64,000 bases of DNA, taken from assembly GCA_051748045.1 (NCBI GenBank), contig JBNJGY010000003.1, positions 19,629-83,628 on the forward strand. The letters run 5' to 3'. The stretch comes from Thermotogota bacterium (lineage in GTDB: Bacteria > Thermotogota > Thermotogae > Petrotogales > Petrotogaceae). Positions 1-10,289 of the stretch are shown here, piece by piece. The notes beneath the pieces are model-generated. The model saw only the letters and a program-made list of their open reading frames with translations, had not been told where the DNA came from and made no database searches. The first letter of the stretch is position 1. Each line of letters opens with the position of its first letter. Made by a program: the position numbers and the translations under genes.

Positions 1-2005
1 TAATTATAATAGAATTTCTAAAATCAACAGTTCTGCCTTGAGAATCAGTCAATCTTCCTTCGTCCATTATTTGTAATAATATATTATAAACATCAGGGTG
101 AGCTTTTTCTATTTCATCCAATAAGATAACAGAATAAGGTCTTCTTCTAACAACTTCTGTTAATTGCCCACCTTCATCATAACCAACATAACCTGGAGGT
201 GCCCCAACAAGTCTAGAAACATTAAATTTTTCCATATATTCACTCATATCTATTCTGACAAGTGAACTATCATCGCCAAATAAATATTCTGCTAAAGTTT
301 TTGCTAGTTCTGTTTTACCTACACCAGTAGGACCTAAGAACATAAATACTCCGTTTGGCCTTTTTGGATCTTTTAAGCCACTTCTTGAACGTCTTATTGC
401 TTTTGAAACTGATACTATTGCCTCATCCTGGCCGACAACTCTTTCATGTAGAACAGCTTCAAGATTAAGAAGTCTTTCCATTTCTGAGCTTTCAAGACGT
501 TTAAGTGGAACACCTGTCCAATTAGAAACAACATCAGAAATATCTTGTTCTGTGATAGTTATTTTATTATTTTCAGCTTTTTTTCTCCATTTTTTATATT
601 CAGTTTTATAGTCACCTCTTAGTAATTCAATTTTTTCGTTAATCTCTTCTACAGTTTCAAACTTATTTTTTGAAATCATTAAATTTTTTTCTTCTTCTAA
701 AGTTTCTATTTCTTGATTTTTCTTTTTAAGATTTTGCGGTAAAGTTAAAGCTTTAAGTTTTGACCTAGCTCCAGCCTCATCAATAATATCTATTGCTTTA
801 TCTGGTAAAAATCTATCTGTTATATACCTTAAAGATAAATTTACTGCGTTTTCAAGAGCGTCATTTGTATATTCAACATTATGGTGTTCTTCATATTTTA
901 TTTTTATTCCTTTTAATATGTTAAGAGCACTTTCGAAAGTAGGTTCACTAACATATATTTTCTGAAATCTTCTTTCTAAAGCAGGATCTTTTTCTATAAA
1001 TTTTCTATATTCGCTAGAAGTAGTTGAACCTATTACTGTTATTGTTCCATTGGCTAAAGCGGGTTTTAAGACGTTTGCAGCATCCATGGAAGATCCTTCA
1101 GCAGCACCAGCTTCAACTATCATATGTAACTCATCGACAAAAATGATAATATCTTCAGTTTTTTCTAGGACTTGCATTAATTTTTTCATTCTTTTTTCAA
1201 ATTCACCCCTATATTTAGTACCAGCCACTAAAGAAGTTATATCTAAAGCGAAAATTGTTTTTGTTTTTAAAACTTCTGGTACATCTCCGCTTATTATTTT
1301 CATGGCTAAACCTTCAACAATAGCTGATTTTCCTACTCCAGCTTCACCGATAAGAACGGGGTTATTTTTCTTTCTTCTAGCTAATATCTCCATTAATCTT
1401 GTTATTTCTATTTCGCGCCCAATAACAGGATCAAGTTTATTTTTTTTTGCTTTTTCAGTCAGGTCAGTACCAAAATCTTCTAATTGTTTTAATGCTGTTT
1501 GTTTTTGTCTTTTCTTTTCTTCGTTAACTTCATTAGTTTGTTTCACTTCTTCAACTGGTTTTATATCACCTTTCATCATGATATCCGCTAACTGTTTTCT
1601 CATATTCTGAAGATTAATCCCTAATCTTTTCATTATATGTGATGCTATACCTTCTGCTTCTCTACAAATTGCTAGCAATAAATGTTCAGCATCAATTCTA
1701 GATGAGCCCATTAGTTCTGACTCATCATAAGCCAATTCTATAATTCTTTTAGCTCTAGGGGTTGGTTGTGGAGAACCAATTATTCCCTGAGATGAATTAG
1801 TTCCAACAACATTTGTTATTTCAGCTTTCATTCTGTTGTAAGAAATGTTAAAATCACTAAATATTATGTCAAGATATTTTCCTTTTACTTTTAATAGACC
1901 TAAAAGAATGTGTTCTGTGCCAACATATGGATGACCCATATCTTTTGCATCATTTTGGGCTTCTATAAAAACTTTTGCCGCCCTTTCTGTAAAATTATCA
2001 AACAT
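1..2005 (-). CDS. clpC: ATP-dependent Clp protease ATP-binding subunit ClpC (3' end runs off the window)
   Basis: Manual translation gives [17 protein letters not shown]...[15 protein letters not shown] (Clp N domain), IGEAGVGKS (NBD1), [23 protein letters not shown] (NBD2) and [18 protein letters not shown] is upstream; alternative ATG at 2011. Absent from the ORF track because it is truncated. Confidence 0.95.
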   Translation of the reverse strand, partial: MFDNFTERAAKVFIEAQNDAKDMGHPYVGTEHILLGLLKVKGKYLDIIFSDFNISYNRMKAEITNVVGTNSSQGIIGSPQPTPRAKRIIELAYDESELMGSSRIDAEHLLLAICREAEGIASHIMKRLGINLQNMRKQLADIMMKGDIKPVEEVKQTNEVNEEKKRQKQTALKQLEDFGTDLTEKAKKNKLDPVIGREIEITRLMEILARRKKNNPVLIGEAGVGKSAIVEGLAMKIISGDVPEVLKTKTIFALDITSLVAGTKYRGEFEKRMKKLMQVLEKTEDIIIFVDELHMIVEAGAAEGSSMDAANVLKPALANGTITVIGSTTSSEYRKFIEKDPALERRFQKIYVSEPTFESALNILKGIKIKYEEHHNVEYTNDALENAVNLSLRYITDRFLPDKAIDIIDEAGARSKLKALTLPQNLKKKNQEIETLEEEKNLMISKNKFETVEEINEKIELLRGDYKTEYKKWRKKAENNKITITEQDISDVVSNWTGVPLKRLESSEMERLLNLEAVLHERVVGQDEAIVSVSKAIRRSRSGLKDPKRPNGVFMFLGPTGVGKTELAKTLAEYLFGDDSSLVRIDMSEYMEKFNVSRLVGAPPGYVGYDEGGQLTEVVRRRPYSVILLDEIEKAHPDVYNILLQIMDEGRLTDSQGRTVDFRNSIII

Positions 2006-2056
2006 ATTCATACACACCTCCAAAACGAGGGAATTAAATTCATTTACCTCATTTAT

Positions 2057-2065
2057 ATTTTATCA
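2057..2065 (-). promoter_or_regulatory. Candidate extended -10 promoter for clpC
   Basis: TGATAAAAT on the minus strand, about 50 nt upstream of the clpC start. Confidence 0.4.
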
Positions 2066-2251
2066 TGAAAACGCATGAAAACAAAAAAATATTTATCTAA
2101 ATGCAAATATAACTATACATGATAAATATTATCTTATTTTATTTAAAAAAATATTAATGATATAATAAGAAGTAGGGCTAATTAAAATGGAAGAAAATAT
2201 AAGAAATTCTCTAGTTGTTTTTAATTTAATTATTTGTTAACCTAAATGCAA

Positions 2252-2280
2252 TTGACAACTGTCTTGTCGTTTGATATAAT
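2252..2280 (+). promoter_or_regulatory. Consensus sigma70/SigA promoter of the tRNA-rpmG operon
   Basis: TTGACA, 17-bp spacer, TATAAT, plus an extended -10 TG; 40 nt upstream of tRNA-Thr. Confidence 0.9.
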
Positions 2281-2319
2281 CATTCACGGTTGTCGTAGAC
2301 ACCTAGAAAAACATGAGAT

Positions 2320-2395
2320 GCCGATGTAGCTCAACTGGCAGAGCGGCTGACTTGTAATCAGCAGGTTGGGGGTTCAAGTCCTCTCGTCGGCTCCA
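2320..2395 (+). tRNA. tRNA-Thr(TGT)
   Basis: 76-nt cloverleaf GCCGATG...CGTCGGC-T-CCA, anticodon loop CTTGTAA, T-loop GTTCAAGTC. Confidence 0.97.
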
Positions 2396-2403
2396 AAGAA
2401 AGT

Positions 2404-2490
2404 GGTGAGATGCCCGAGTGGCCAAAGGGGGCGGACTGTAAATCCGCTAGCAGATTGCTTTCGAAGGTTCGAATCCTTCTCTCACCACCA
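2404..2490 (+). tRNA. tRNA-Tyr(GTA)
   Basis: 87 nt, GGTGAGA/TCTCACC acceptor stem, anticodon loop CTGTAAA, long variable arm, encoded CCA. Confidence 0.97.
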
Positions 2491-2520
2491 TAATTTTATA
2501 CCAGTGAGAGGTGAAACAAT

Positions 2521-2685
2521 ATGGCTGCAAAAAGTCAAGTAATAAACTTTTCTTTAAAATGTGAAGAATGTGGCACTAAAAACTATTACAAAAAGAAGAA
2601 TAAAACAATTAGAGAAAAAATTGAGCTTAAAAAATATTGTCCAAAATGTGGAAAGCACACTTTGCATAAAGAAGCAAAATTATAA
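2521..2685 (+). CDS. rpmG: 50S ribosomal protein L33 (Zn-binding type)
   Basis: Manual translation [62 protein letters not shown]. Confidence 0.95.
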   Translation: MAAKSQVINFSLKCEECGTKNYYKKKNKTIREKIELKKYCPKCGKHTLHKEAKL

Positions 2686-2697
2686 TAAGAAATATAC

Positions 2698-2731
2698 AAA
2701 AGCCCTTCTTCTACAGGAGGGCTTTATTTCT
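2698..2731 (+). terminator. Intrinsic terminator-like hairpin between rpmG and secE
   Basis: AAAGCCCTTCT-TCTAC-AGGAGGGCTTT followed by a T-rich tail. Confidence 0.65.
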
Positions 2732-2764
2732 TTAGAGAAACCTATTTTATGGGAGGTACTTAAT

Positions 2765-2992
2765 ATGTCGAAATTCTGGGTCTTTTTGAGTTCTGTATGG
2801 CAAGAAGCAAAAAAAGTTAGCTGGCCATCAAGAAAAAATTTAATGAAATCAACAGGAGTAGTATTGATAATTGTAGCATTCGTAGCGGTATATCTTTTCG
2901 CCGTTGACTTTGGTTTATTAAACGCTTTTTCTAAACTTGTATATCCTATATTTTTAGGGGGATTAGCTGGAAATTCAATGCCAAGTCAATAA
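2765..2992 (+). CDS. secE: Preprotein translocase subunit SecE
   Basis: EAKKVSWPSRK motif plus one TM helix; SD GGGAGGT before ATG 2765; position between rpmG and nusG. Confidence 0.93.
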   Translation: MSKFWVFLSSVWQEAKKVSWPSRKNLMKSTGVVLIIVAFVAVYLFAVDFGLLNAFSKLVYPIFLGGLAGNSMPSQ

Positions 2993-3012
2993 AAAAAAGT
3001 TGGTGATATAAA

Positions 3013-4077
3013 ATGAGAAAAGAGTGGTACGTATTACAAGCTTTTTCAGGAATGGAAAACAAAGTTAAAGAATTAATAATAGAAAAATCCAAAGTATTGG
3101 ATATTGATCGTTATATAGGTAGAATAATAGTTCCGGAAATAGAAGAACTAGACTATTCTAATAGAAAAGTAGAAAAAATATTTGTCAGCCAAGACGCTAG
3201 CGTTTTTGTTAAAAAAGGAAAAGACGTTAAAAAAGGGGACATAATAGCCAAAAATCCTGAAACTATTATAAAACACTCCGGGGTTATAAAAGAAATGAAG
3301 AATTATAGGAGGATAATAGTAGAAACAAAAGGTAAAAAATATTCTAAAACTTTTCTTATACCTGAAAGCGCTAAAGTGTTATCAGGCTTAAGAGTTGGTA
3401 AAACAGTAAAAACAGGAATGCCTTTTACGAATGATGGTTCTTATGAAAGTGATGTAGAAGGCGAAATAGGAACTGTTGAAAAAGTTAAAAGAATTATTGT
3501 AGAAACAAATAATTCTGAAGAGGATGTTTATATAGTTCCAGTGAAATTATATGATTCAAAGGTTTATAAAACTGGAGTTGAAGTTACTGAAGGAGAAGTA
3601 ATAGCTACAGGTAAAGAATTTAAAGCAAAATCTTCAGGAAGAGTTGACATAAAAGATATGCCTTTAAGAAAAGAAATTAGAATTATAAAAACTTCTAGAA
3701 AGAAATTATTTCCTGGGTATATTTTTATAGAAATGATGCATGTGAAAGAAGCAGAAAAGATGATTATCAATATACCGTATGTATCTTCTTTTTTAAATGT
3801 AGGGGGTAGACCTCTTAAACTAAGAAGAAAAGAAATTAGAGTAATTCTAAGATTGATCGGAGAAGAAGAATACGATACAAAACCAAGAAAAGAAATCAGA
3901 ACTGATTATGAAATCGGAGAACATGTGAAAATAATCAGCGGTCCTTTTGAATTCTTTACTGGTAAAATAAAATCAATTGATTTAGAAAAACAGGAAGTTA
4001 AAGTTTCCGTTTCAATGTTCGGTAGAGAAACTGAAGTAGAATTAGGATTAACAGAGATTGAAAAAATAGTAGATTAA
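3013..4077 (+). CDS. nusG: Transcription factor NusG with large Thermotogota-type insertion
   Basis: WYVLQAFSGMENKV, KLFPGYIFIEM, and C-terminal KOW VKIISGPF...VSMFGRET. Confidence 0.96.
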   Translation: MRKEWYVLQAFSGMENKVKELIIEKSKVLDIDRYIGRIIVPEIEELDYSNRKVEKIFVSQDASVFVKKGKDVKKGDIIAKNPETIIKHSGVIKEMKNYRRIIVETKGKKYSKTFLIPESAKVLSGLRVGKTVKTGMPFTNDGSYESDVEGEIGTVEKVKRIIVETNNSEEDVYIVPVKLYDSKVYKTGVEVTEGEVIATGKEFKAKSSGRVDIKDMPLRKEIRIIKTSRKKLFPGYIFIEMMHVKEAEKMIINIPYVSSFLNVGGRPLKLRRKEIRVILRLIGEEEYDTKPRKEIRTDYEIGEHVKIISGPFEFFTGKIKSIDLEKQEVKVSVSMFGRETEVELGLTEIEKIVD

Positions 4078-4078
4078 A

Positions 4079-4116
4079 TTCGAATAGTAATATTAACTTC
4101 GAATAGTAATATTAAC
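4079..4116. repeat. Perfect 19-bp tandem duplication
   Basis: TTCGAATAGTAATATTAAC occurs twice in a row immediately after the nusG stop. Confidence 0.95.
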
Positions 4117-4170
4117 TTTTTATTCTCTGTCAATTAATAATAATGATTTAAAATATTTTTTGCGAATACT

Positions 4171-4204
4171 GTGGGAGGGATTTCCCGCTATAACCACAAG
4201 GAGG
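4171..4204 (+). promoter_or_regulatory. L1-binding autoregulatory leader of rplK-rplA
   Basis: GTGGGAGGGATTTCCCGCTATAACCAC directly before the SD; matches the known 23S-mimic L1 site pattern (GTGGGAG...CCGC...ACCAC). Confidence 0.8.
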
Positions 4205-4212
4205 TAATTTAT

Positions 4213-4641
4213 ATGGCTAAAAAAGTATCAAGAATGTTAAAATTGCAGTTGCAAGCTGCAAAAGCAACTCCAGCTCCTCCTATTGGTCCTGCTTTAGGAC
4301 AACATGGAGTTAATTTGATGGAGTTCTGTAAAAGATTTAACGCTGAGACTGCTGATAAAGCAGGTCAATTGTTGCCTGTTGAAATTACAGTTTATGAAGA
4401 CAGATCATTTTCATTCAACGTTAAAACCCCTCCAGCTTCTTTTTTAATTAAACAAGCTGCTGGTGTAAAATCTGCTGCAAATAATCCTGGTAAAGAAATA
4501 GTAGGGAAAATCAAGAAAAGCCAGGTAAAAGAAATTGCAGAAACAAAAATGCCAGACTTGAATGCAATGACAATTGAAGCTGCGATGAAAATTATCCAAG
4601 GTACATGTAGAAACATGGGTATCGAAGTAGTAGAAGGATAA
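4213..4641 (+). CDS. rplK: 50S ribosomal protein L11
   Basis: MAKKV...[25 protein letters not shown] places the start at 4213. Confidence 0.98.
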   Translation: MAKKVSRMLKLQLQAAKATPAPPIGPALGQHGVNLMEFCKRFNAETADKAGQLLPVEITVYEDRSFSFNVKTPPASFLIKQAAGVKSAANNPGKEIVGKIKKSQVKEIAETKMPDLNAMTIEAAMKIIQGTCRNMGIEVVEG

Positions 4642-4660
4642 AAGAGAGGGGGTAAATAAA

Positions 4661-5362
4661 ATGGCAAATAGAGGAAAAAAATATTTAGAAGCAAGAAAAA
4701 AAGTTGATTCTACAAATAATTACTCAATTGATGAAGCAGTAGAATTATTAAAAGAAGTATCTTATACAAAATTTAATGGTACAGTTGAAATTCATGTTCA
4801 GTTAGGTATAGATTCTAAAAAAAGTGATCAAAATGTAAGAAGTACAGTTTCTTTACCACACGGAACAGGAAAAGATGTAACCGTATTAGTTTTTGCAGAA
4901 GGTGATTTAGCAGAAAAGGCTAAAGAAGCTGGAGCAGACTTCGCTGGTGACGATGAAATTATAGATAAAATAAATAATCAAAACTGGTCAGATTTCGATA
5001 TTGCGATTGCAACACCTAATATGATGAAAAAAGTAGGTAAATTGGGAAGAGTTTTAGGCCCAAAAGGATTAATGCCTTCTCCTAAAGCTGGAACAGTTAC
5101 AGAAGATATTGAAAAAGCAGTAAAAGACTTCAAAGCGGGTAAAGTTGAAGTTAGAAACGATAAAAGTGGAAATGTTCATTTCCCAGCTGGAAAAGTATCT
5201 TTTGATAATTCTCAATTAGTTGAAAACATTAAATCAGGAATGGATCAATTATCAAAATTGAAACCTCAATCAACAAAAGGAAAATTCTTTAAAAAAGTTG
5301 TTTTAGCTCCTACAATGGGTCCAGGAATAAGACTTGACATAAACGAATTCCCTGTTGTATAA
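4661..5362 (+). CDS. rplA: 50S ribosomal protein L1
   Basis: [27 protein letters not shown]. Confidence 0.98.
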   Translation: MANRGKKYLEARKKVDSTNNYSIDEAVELLKEVSYTKFNGTVEIHVQLGIDSKKSDQNVRSTVSLPHGTGKDVTVLVFAEGDLAEKAKEAGADFAGDDEIIDKINNQNWSDFDIAIATPNMMKKVGKLGRVLGPKGLMPSPKAGTVTEDIEKAVKDFKAGKVEVRNDKSGNVHFPAGKVSFDNSQLVENIKSGMDQLSKLKPQSTKGKFFKKVVLAPTMGPGIRLDINEFPVV

Positions 5363-5382
5363 TATTTTAGAAAAATAAATAT

Positions 5383-5502
5383 CGTACCAAAGACGGTAGG
5401 TTCACGAGAGTGATTAAAAAATGCCTGCTTAGGTGCGTGGATAAAATAACAATAATGATTTTTCATTATTGTTTTAACCACGGCCTAGTGCCGTGTTTTT
5501 TT
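5383..5502 (+). promoter_or_regulatory. L10 leader (L10/L12 autoregulatory attenuator)
   Basis: AAGACGGTAGG...CCTGCTTAGG core, closing helix CGTACC/GGTGCG, and terminator CACGGC-CTAGT-GCCGTG-T7 before the rplJ SD. Confidence 0.85.
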
Positions 5503-5522
5503 ATTTAAGGAGGTGTACATTC

Positions 5523-6062
5523 TTGTTAACTAGAGCTCAAAAAAAAGAATTAGTAAAAGAGTTTGTCGAAGCTTTTAATGATTCTCCTATAATTGTTTTC
5601 ACTGATTTCAAAGGAATGGAAGTTGAAGATTCTAATGAATTAAGACAACAATTATTCAAAGAATATGGAGATAAAGCTGTATATAAGGTAATGAGGAACT
5701 CATTATTAAAAACAGCAATTAAACAAGCTGATCTAAATGTAGACGAATACGAACATCTTTTAGAAGGATCAACAGCTATTTTCTATATAAAAGAAGGCGA
5801 TCCAGTTACAGGTTTAAAAGTTTTAACAGAATTTGCAAAAGATCATAATGATTTACCTGCAATAAAAGGTGGAGTGTTAGAAGGTAAAATGTTTGATTCA
5901 GAAAAAGCTAAAGAATTATCTAAATTACCTTCAAGAGAAGAACTTATTACAATGTTTGTTCGTGGCATAAACGCACCTATTTCAGGGTTAGTTAATGTAT
6001 TATCAGGATCAATGAGAAACTTAGTGAATGTTTTAAATTCAATAAAAGATGAAAAATCATAA
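5523..6062 (+). CDS. rplJ: 50S ribosomal protein L10
   Basis: LTRAQKKELV..., LSKLPSREEL; TTG start after SD AAGGAGGT. Confidence 0.95.
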   Translation: MLTRAQKKELVKEFVEAFNDSPIIVFTDFKGMEVEDSNELRQQLFKEYGDKAVYKVMRNSLLKTAIKQADLNVDEYEHLLEGSTAIFYIKEGDPVTGLKVLTEFAKDHNDLPAIKGGVLEGKMFDSEKAKELSKLPSREELITMFVRGINAPISGLVNVLSGSMRNLVNVLNSIKDEKS

Positions 6063-6083
6063 AAATTTCGGAGGTGTCTTTAA

Positions 6084-6467
6084 ATGACAAAAGATGAATT
6101 AATTCAAGCGATTAAAGAAATGACAGTAGCTGATTTAGCAGAATTAGTAGAAGCATTAGAAGAAGAATTTGGTGTATCAGCATCAGCACCCGTTATGGCA
6201 GCTATGCCAGGAGCAGGCGCAGCAGGAGCAGCAGCTGAAGAAGAAAAAACTGATTTCTCAGTTATGTTAAAAAGCTTCGGTGCAAAAAAAATTGGTGTTA
6301 TTAAAGTAGTAAGAGAAATAACAGGATTAGGTTTAAAAGAAGCAAAAGATTTAGTTGAAAAAGCAGGAACTGATGATGCAGTAATCAAAGAAGCAGCTCC
6401 AAAAGATGAAGCAGAAGAAATTAAGAAAAAATTAGAAGATGCTGGAGCAGAAGTAGAATTAAAATAA
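6084..6467 (+). CDS. rplL: 50S ribosomal protein L7/L12
   Basis: [32 protein letters not shown]. Confidence 0.98.
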   Translation: MTKDELIQAIKEMTVADLAELVEALEEEFGVSASAPVMAAMPGAGAAGAAAEEEKTDFSVMLKSFGAKKIGVIKVVREITGLGLKEAKDLVEKAGTDDAVIKEAAPKDEAEEIKKKLEDAGAEVELK

Positions 6468-6526
6468 TTAACTTAAAACATTAGTTTCGTTAATAAAAAT
6501 TTTAGATAATCATGGTAAAATTGTAT

Positions 6527-6563
6527 CCGCATTGGACTTTTTAGTCTGATGCGGGTTTGTTTT
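6527..6563 (+). terminator. Terminator/attenuator between rplL and rpoB
   Basis: CCGCATTGGACT-TTTT-AGTCTGATGCGG followed by GTTTGTTTT. Confidence 0.75.
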
Positions 6564-6627
6564 GCAATAAAATAGACAAAAATCGTAACATTTCACATAT
6601 ATATTTCTTAAAGCCGAGGTGATTCCA

Positions 6628-9600
6628 TTGAACACCCGCACATTAAAAGTGGGAAAAAGAGAAAGAGATTTTTTTGGAAAGGTACATGAAGATTTTAGAA
6701 TGTATGATAATTTGATAAAAATTCAAAAATCTTCATTTGATGAATTTTTAGATACAAGGTTAAAAGAAACTATCAAAAAATTCATGCCGTTAACTATTCC
6801 AGTAAAAACCTCTTCGAAGAAGACAAAAGAAATTCTTTTAGATTTTACTGATGTAAAATATGAAGATCCAATTATGGGTGAAGAAGAGTGTAAGGCTAAA
6901 AACCTTACTTATTCAGGTAGAACTTTTTTAACAGTACAGTTAACAGATACTTCTACTGGTGAAACATTGGAAAAAGAAGATGTTTTCCTTTGTAATGTAC
7001 CTTACATGACAGATAGGGCTGTGTTCATTATAAACGGTGCTGAAAGAGTTGTTGTAAACCAGTTAGTTAGATCTCCAGGGATTTATTTCGTTAAAGAAGA
7101 GGAAAAAGATTCAAACAAAGAAATGTTTATAGCTCATTTTTTACCAGTTAAAGGGGCTTGGTTAGAGATTATTTTTAATCCGAATCCTGGTAAAGAAGTT
7201 TTACAAATTAGAATAGATAGAAAAAGAAAATTTAATTTCTTTTTGTTTTTAAAAGCTCTTGGTTATGAAAATGACTTAGATATATTAGATTTATTCCCTA
7301 CAAAAATATCTTTGAATGATGAAGTTGATATTGAAAATTATTCTGATAGCACAGTTCTTTCGGATCATCATTTCAAAGAACTTGAAGAAATGGAACCTTC
7401 AAGAACAACTGTAAGAGGAATGAAATTATCTGAAGCAAAAGAACTATTAGAAAACTATGGAATAGAAGAAATAACAGTTTCTAATAGAGTAGCTCAAATG
7501 ACTTTGGATAAAATGAAAAAAAGATATGAAAAAGAAGGAGATTTAACTTCCTTAGAAGCATATAAAGAAATGTTCATAAAATTAAGACCATCAGAAATAC
7601 CAAGAGGTCAAAAAGCAAAAGAAGAACTCGATGAAATGTACTTCAACCCTGAAAAATTTGATTTTTCAGATATTGGAAGACAAAAAGTAGTCACAAGTTT
7701 AAAAGAAGAATACCACAAATATGTAACTGAAGTAGAGAATAGAAATTTATCAGAAGAAGACCTTAACAATTTAAAATATCCAGTTGAATCGATGGCTATA
7801 GAAGCCATGGATATTGTTTTATCTGCTAGACATCTTCTTGAATTAGAAGAAAATCCTGATGCGCTAGATACAAGAGACCATTTAGGAAATAAAAGAGTTA
7901 GATCTGTTGGAGAATTAATGCAGCTAGAATTTGAAAAAGCATTTTCAAAGATGATTCAACACATTCCAGAAAAAGTTGCTATGTCTCAAACTTTAAATAA
8001 AATAAATCCTCAATCACTAATTAATTCCAGGGCAATAATGACAGCATTCCATCAATTTTTTGCTACTTCTCAATTAAGTCAATTTATGGATCAAATAAAT
8101 CCTTTATCAGAATTGACCCATAAAAGAAGATTATCTGCAATAGGTCCTGGAGGGTTAAAGAGAGAACATGCTAAATTTGAGGTACGTGATGTTCATCATT
8201 CCCATTATGGTAGAATGTGTCCAATAGAAACTCCAGAAGGAGCGAACATTGGACTTATAACCTCTTTAGCTATTTTGTCAAAAACAGATGAATATGGGTT
8301 TTTGAAGTCACCATATTTTAAAGTGAAAAAAGCTAAAGTATTGGATGATAAAATAATCTATTTGTCTGCTGATGAAGAAGAAAATTATAAGATAGCTCCA
8401 GCTTCTGTAGATAAAGATAAAAATAAAAATTTAGATTCAGAATTTGTTGAATGTAGATATCAAGGAAAAGTATCTTTTTATCACAGAGACGAAGTAGAAT
8501 ATATAGCTGTTACACCAAAACAAATCGCTTCTGTTTCAGCCTCACTTGTGCCTTTCTTAGAGCATGATGATGCTAACAGAGCGCTTATGGGATCAAATAT
8601 GCAAAGACAAGCTGTACCTGTTTTATATCCTGATGCTCCTTATGTTGGTACAGGTGTTGAATGGCTTGCAGCAAGAGATTCAGGTTATTTAATAATTTCA
8701 AAACATAAAGGTATAGTTCAAAGTATTGATGGAAGGCATATTGTAATAGCTAGAACAGATGAAAATGATGAATACATTACAGATAAAAATGATGAAAGAG
8801 TTATAGATGAATATAGAGTTGTAAAATACACAAGATCAAATCAAGATAGTTGTATAAACCAAAGACCAATAGTTAAACCTGGAGAAAAAGTTGAAAAAGG
8901 AACTGTTTTAGCTGATGGTCCTTCAACTGATATGGGTGAACTAGCTTTAGGACAAAATATTTTGGTTGCTTTTGTACCTTGGGAAGGTTACAATTTTGAA
9001 GATGCTATTGTAGTGTCAGAAGAATTGTTGGAAAAAGATAAATTTACTTCTATTCACATAGAAGTTTACGAAACTAAATCCATGGATACACAGTTAGGCC
9101 CTGAAGAAATTACAGCTGATATACCTAACGTTAAAAAAGAACTATTAAGAAACCTTGATGAAGACGGAATTGTTAGAGTTGGTTCTTATGTTTCTTCTGG
9201 GGATATACTTGTAGGTAAAGTCACCCCAAGAGGGGAATCAGAAACCTCTCCAGAAGAAAAATTAATTAAATCTGTATTTGGAGATAGAGGTAGAGATGTA
9301 AAAGATTCATCATTGACATTACCTCATGGAATTGAAGGTAGAGTTTTAGATGTTCAAGTTTTTGATAGAAGAGACATACCTAATTTAGACATTGGCGTAA
9401 ACAAATATGTAAAAGTTTATATAGCGACTAAAAAACCTCTTCTCGCAGGTGATAAACTTGCAGGAAGACACGGTAATAAAGGTGTCGTATCAAATATATT
9501 ACATAAAGAAGATATGCCGTTTTTACCAGATGGAACACCAGTACAGATGATGCTTTCTCCGTTAGGAGTTCCTTCACGTATGAACATAGGGCAGGTATTA

Positions 9601-10191
9601 GAATTACACCTTGGTTGGCTATCTAGCTTAACTGGAGATGTATATGCCACACCTATATTTGATGGTGCTTCAGAAGAGGAAATAATGAATGAACTTCATA
9701 GGAAAAGAAAAGAAATGGGACTTGATCTTGGAGAAAAAGATAATGATATTACTGGTAAAGTAATTTTAAGAGATGGAAGAAATGGTGAACCTCTAGATTC
9801 TCCAGTGGATATAGGATATATGTACATGCTGAGACTTTCTCATATTGCAAAAGATAAATTACATGCTAGAGCAACAGGTCCTTATTCATTGATACATCAA
9901 CAACCTCTAGGTGGTAAAGCTCATTTTGGGGGACAAAGATTTGGAGAAATGGAAGTATGGGCATTAGAAGCTTATGGAGCGGCTCATACATTAACAGAAA
10001 TGCTAACCTATAAATCTGATGATATAAGAGGTAGAAACGAAGTTTATAAAGCTATATTAAAGGGAGAAAACCTTCCTGAACCAGGAATTCCAGAAAGTTT
10101 TAAAGTTTTAGTAAAAGAACTTCAAGGCTTAATGTTAGATGTAAAATTATTTGATGAGGACGGTAATGAATTAGACGTCGACAAGCTTTAA
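6628..10191 (+). CDS. rpoB: DNA-directed RNA polymerase subunit beta
   Basis: SQLSQFMDQ, GDKLAGRHGNKG, GGQRFGEMEVWAL; TTG 6628 preferred by SD GAGGTG spacing (ORF track starts at 6619). Confidence 0.98.
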   Translation: MNTRTLKVGKRERDFFGKVHEDFRMYDNLIKIQKSSFDEFLDTRLKETIKKFMPLTIPVKTSSKKTKEILLDFTDVKYEDPIMGEEECKAKNLTYSGRTFLTVQLTDTSTGETLEKEDVFLCNVPYMTDRAVFIINGAERVVVNQLVRSPGIYFVKEEEKDSNKEMFIAHFLPVKGAWLEIIFNPNPGKEVLQIRIDRKRKFNFFLFLKALGYENDLDILDLFPTKISLNDEVDIENYSDSTVLSDHHFKELEEMEPSRTTVRGMKLSEAKELLENYGIEEITVSNRVAQMTLDKMKKRYEKEGDLTSLEAYKEMFIKLRPSEIPRGQKAKEELDEMYFNPEKFDFSDIGRQKVVTSLKEEYHKYVTEVENRNLSEEDLNNLKYPVESMAIEAMDIVLSARHLLELEENPDALDTRDHLGNKRVRSVGELMQLEFEKAFSKMIQHIPEKVAMSQTLNKINPQSLINSRAIMTAFHQFFATSQLSQFMDQINPLSELTHKRRLSAIGPGGLKREHAKFEVRDVHHSHYGRMCPIETPEGANIGLITSLAILSKTDEYGFLKSPYFKVKKAKVLDDKIIYLSADEEENYKIAPASVDKDKNKNLDSEFVECRYQGKVSFYHRDEVEYIAVTPKQIASVSASLVPFLEHDDANRALMGSNMQRQAVPVLYPDAPYVGTGVEWLAARDSGYLIISKHKGIVQSIDGRHIVIARTDENDEYITDKNDERVIDEYRVVKYTRSNQDSCINQRPIVKPGEKVEKGTVLADGPSTDMGELALGQNILVAFVPWEGYNFEDAIVVSEELLEKDKFTSIHIEVYETKSMDTQLGPEEITADIPNVKKELLRNLDEDGIVRVGSYVSSGDILVGKVTPRGESETSPEEKLIKSVFGDRGRDVKDSSLTLPHGIEGRVLDVQVFDRRDIPNLDIGVNKYVKVYIATKKPLLAGDKLAGRHGNKGVVSNILHKEDMPFLPDGTPVQMMLSPLGVPSRMNIGQVLELHLGWLSSLTGDVYATPIFDGASEEEIMNELHRKRKEMGLDLGEKDNDITGKVILRDGRNGEPLDSPVDIGYMYMLRLSHIAKDKLHARATGPYSLIHQQPLGGKAHFGGQRFGEMEVWALEAYGAAHTLTEMLTYKSDDIRGRNEVYKAILKGENLPEPGIPESFKVLVKELQGLMLDVKLFDEDGNELDVDKL

Positions 10192-10203
10192 AAAATTCAA
10201 TTA

Positions 10204-10231
10204 AGTTGCCATGGATAAACCTGTGGCAACT
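10204..10231 (+). other. Intergenic stem-loop between rpoB and rpoC
   Basis: AGTTGCCATGG...CTGTGGCAACT inverted repeat with no strong U-tract. Confidence 0.6.
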
Positions 10232-10289
10232 ATTTATAAAATTATAATAAAAATAATATATAAATAAAAACCCTCAAGGAGGGAAGAGA

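Noticed and set aside
1050..1610. 186-aa plus-strand ORF
   Set aside because: Antisense shadow of clpC
2561..2764. Open frame extending secE upstream across rpmG (possible L33-SecE frameshift fusion)
   Set aside because: secE has its own SD and ATG at 2765, a terminator-like hairpin intervenes, and the extension looks non-coding
4171..4212. GTG-initiated N-terminal extension of L11
   Set aside because: This is the L1-binding leader; the true start is ATG 4213
8040..8165. Possible rifampicin-resistance substitutions in RpoB cluster I
   Set aside because: Residues equivalent to Q513, D516, H526 and S531 are wild type; only a conservative L533I-like change
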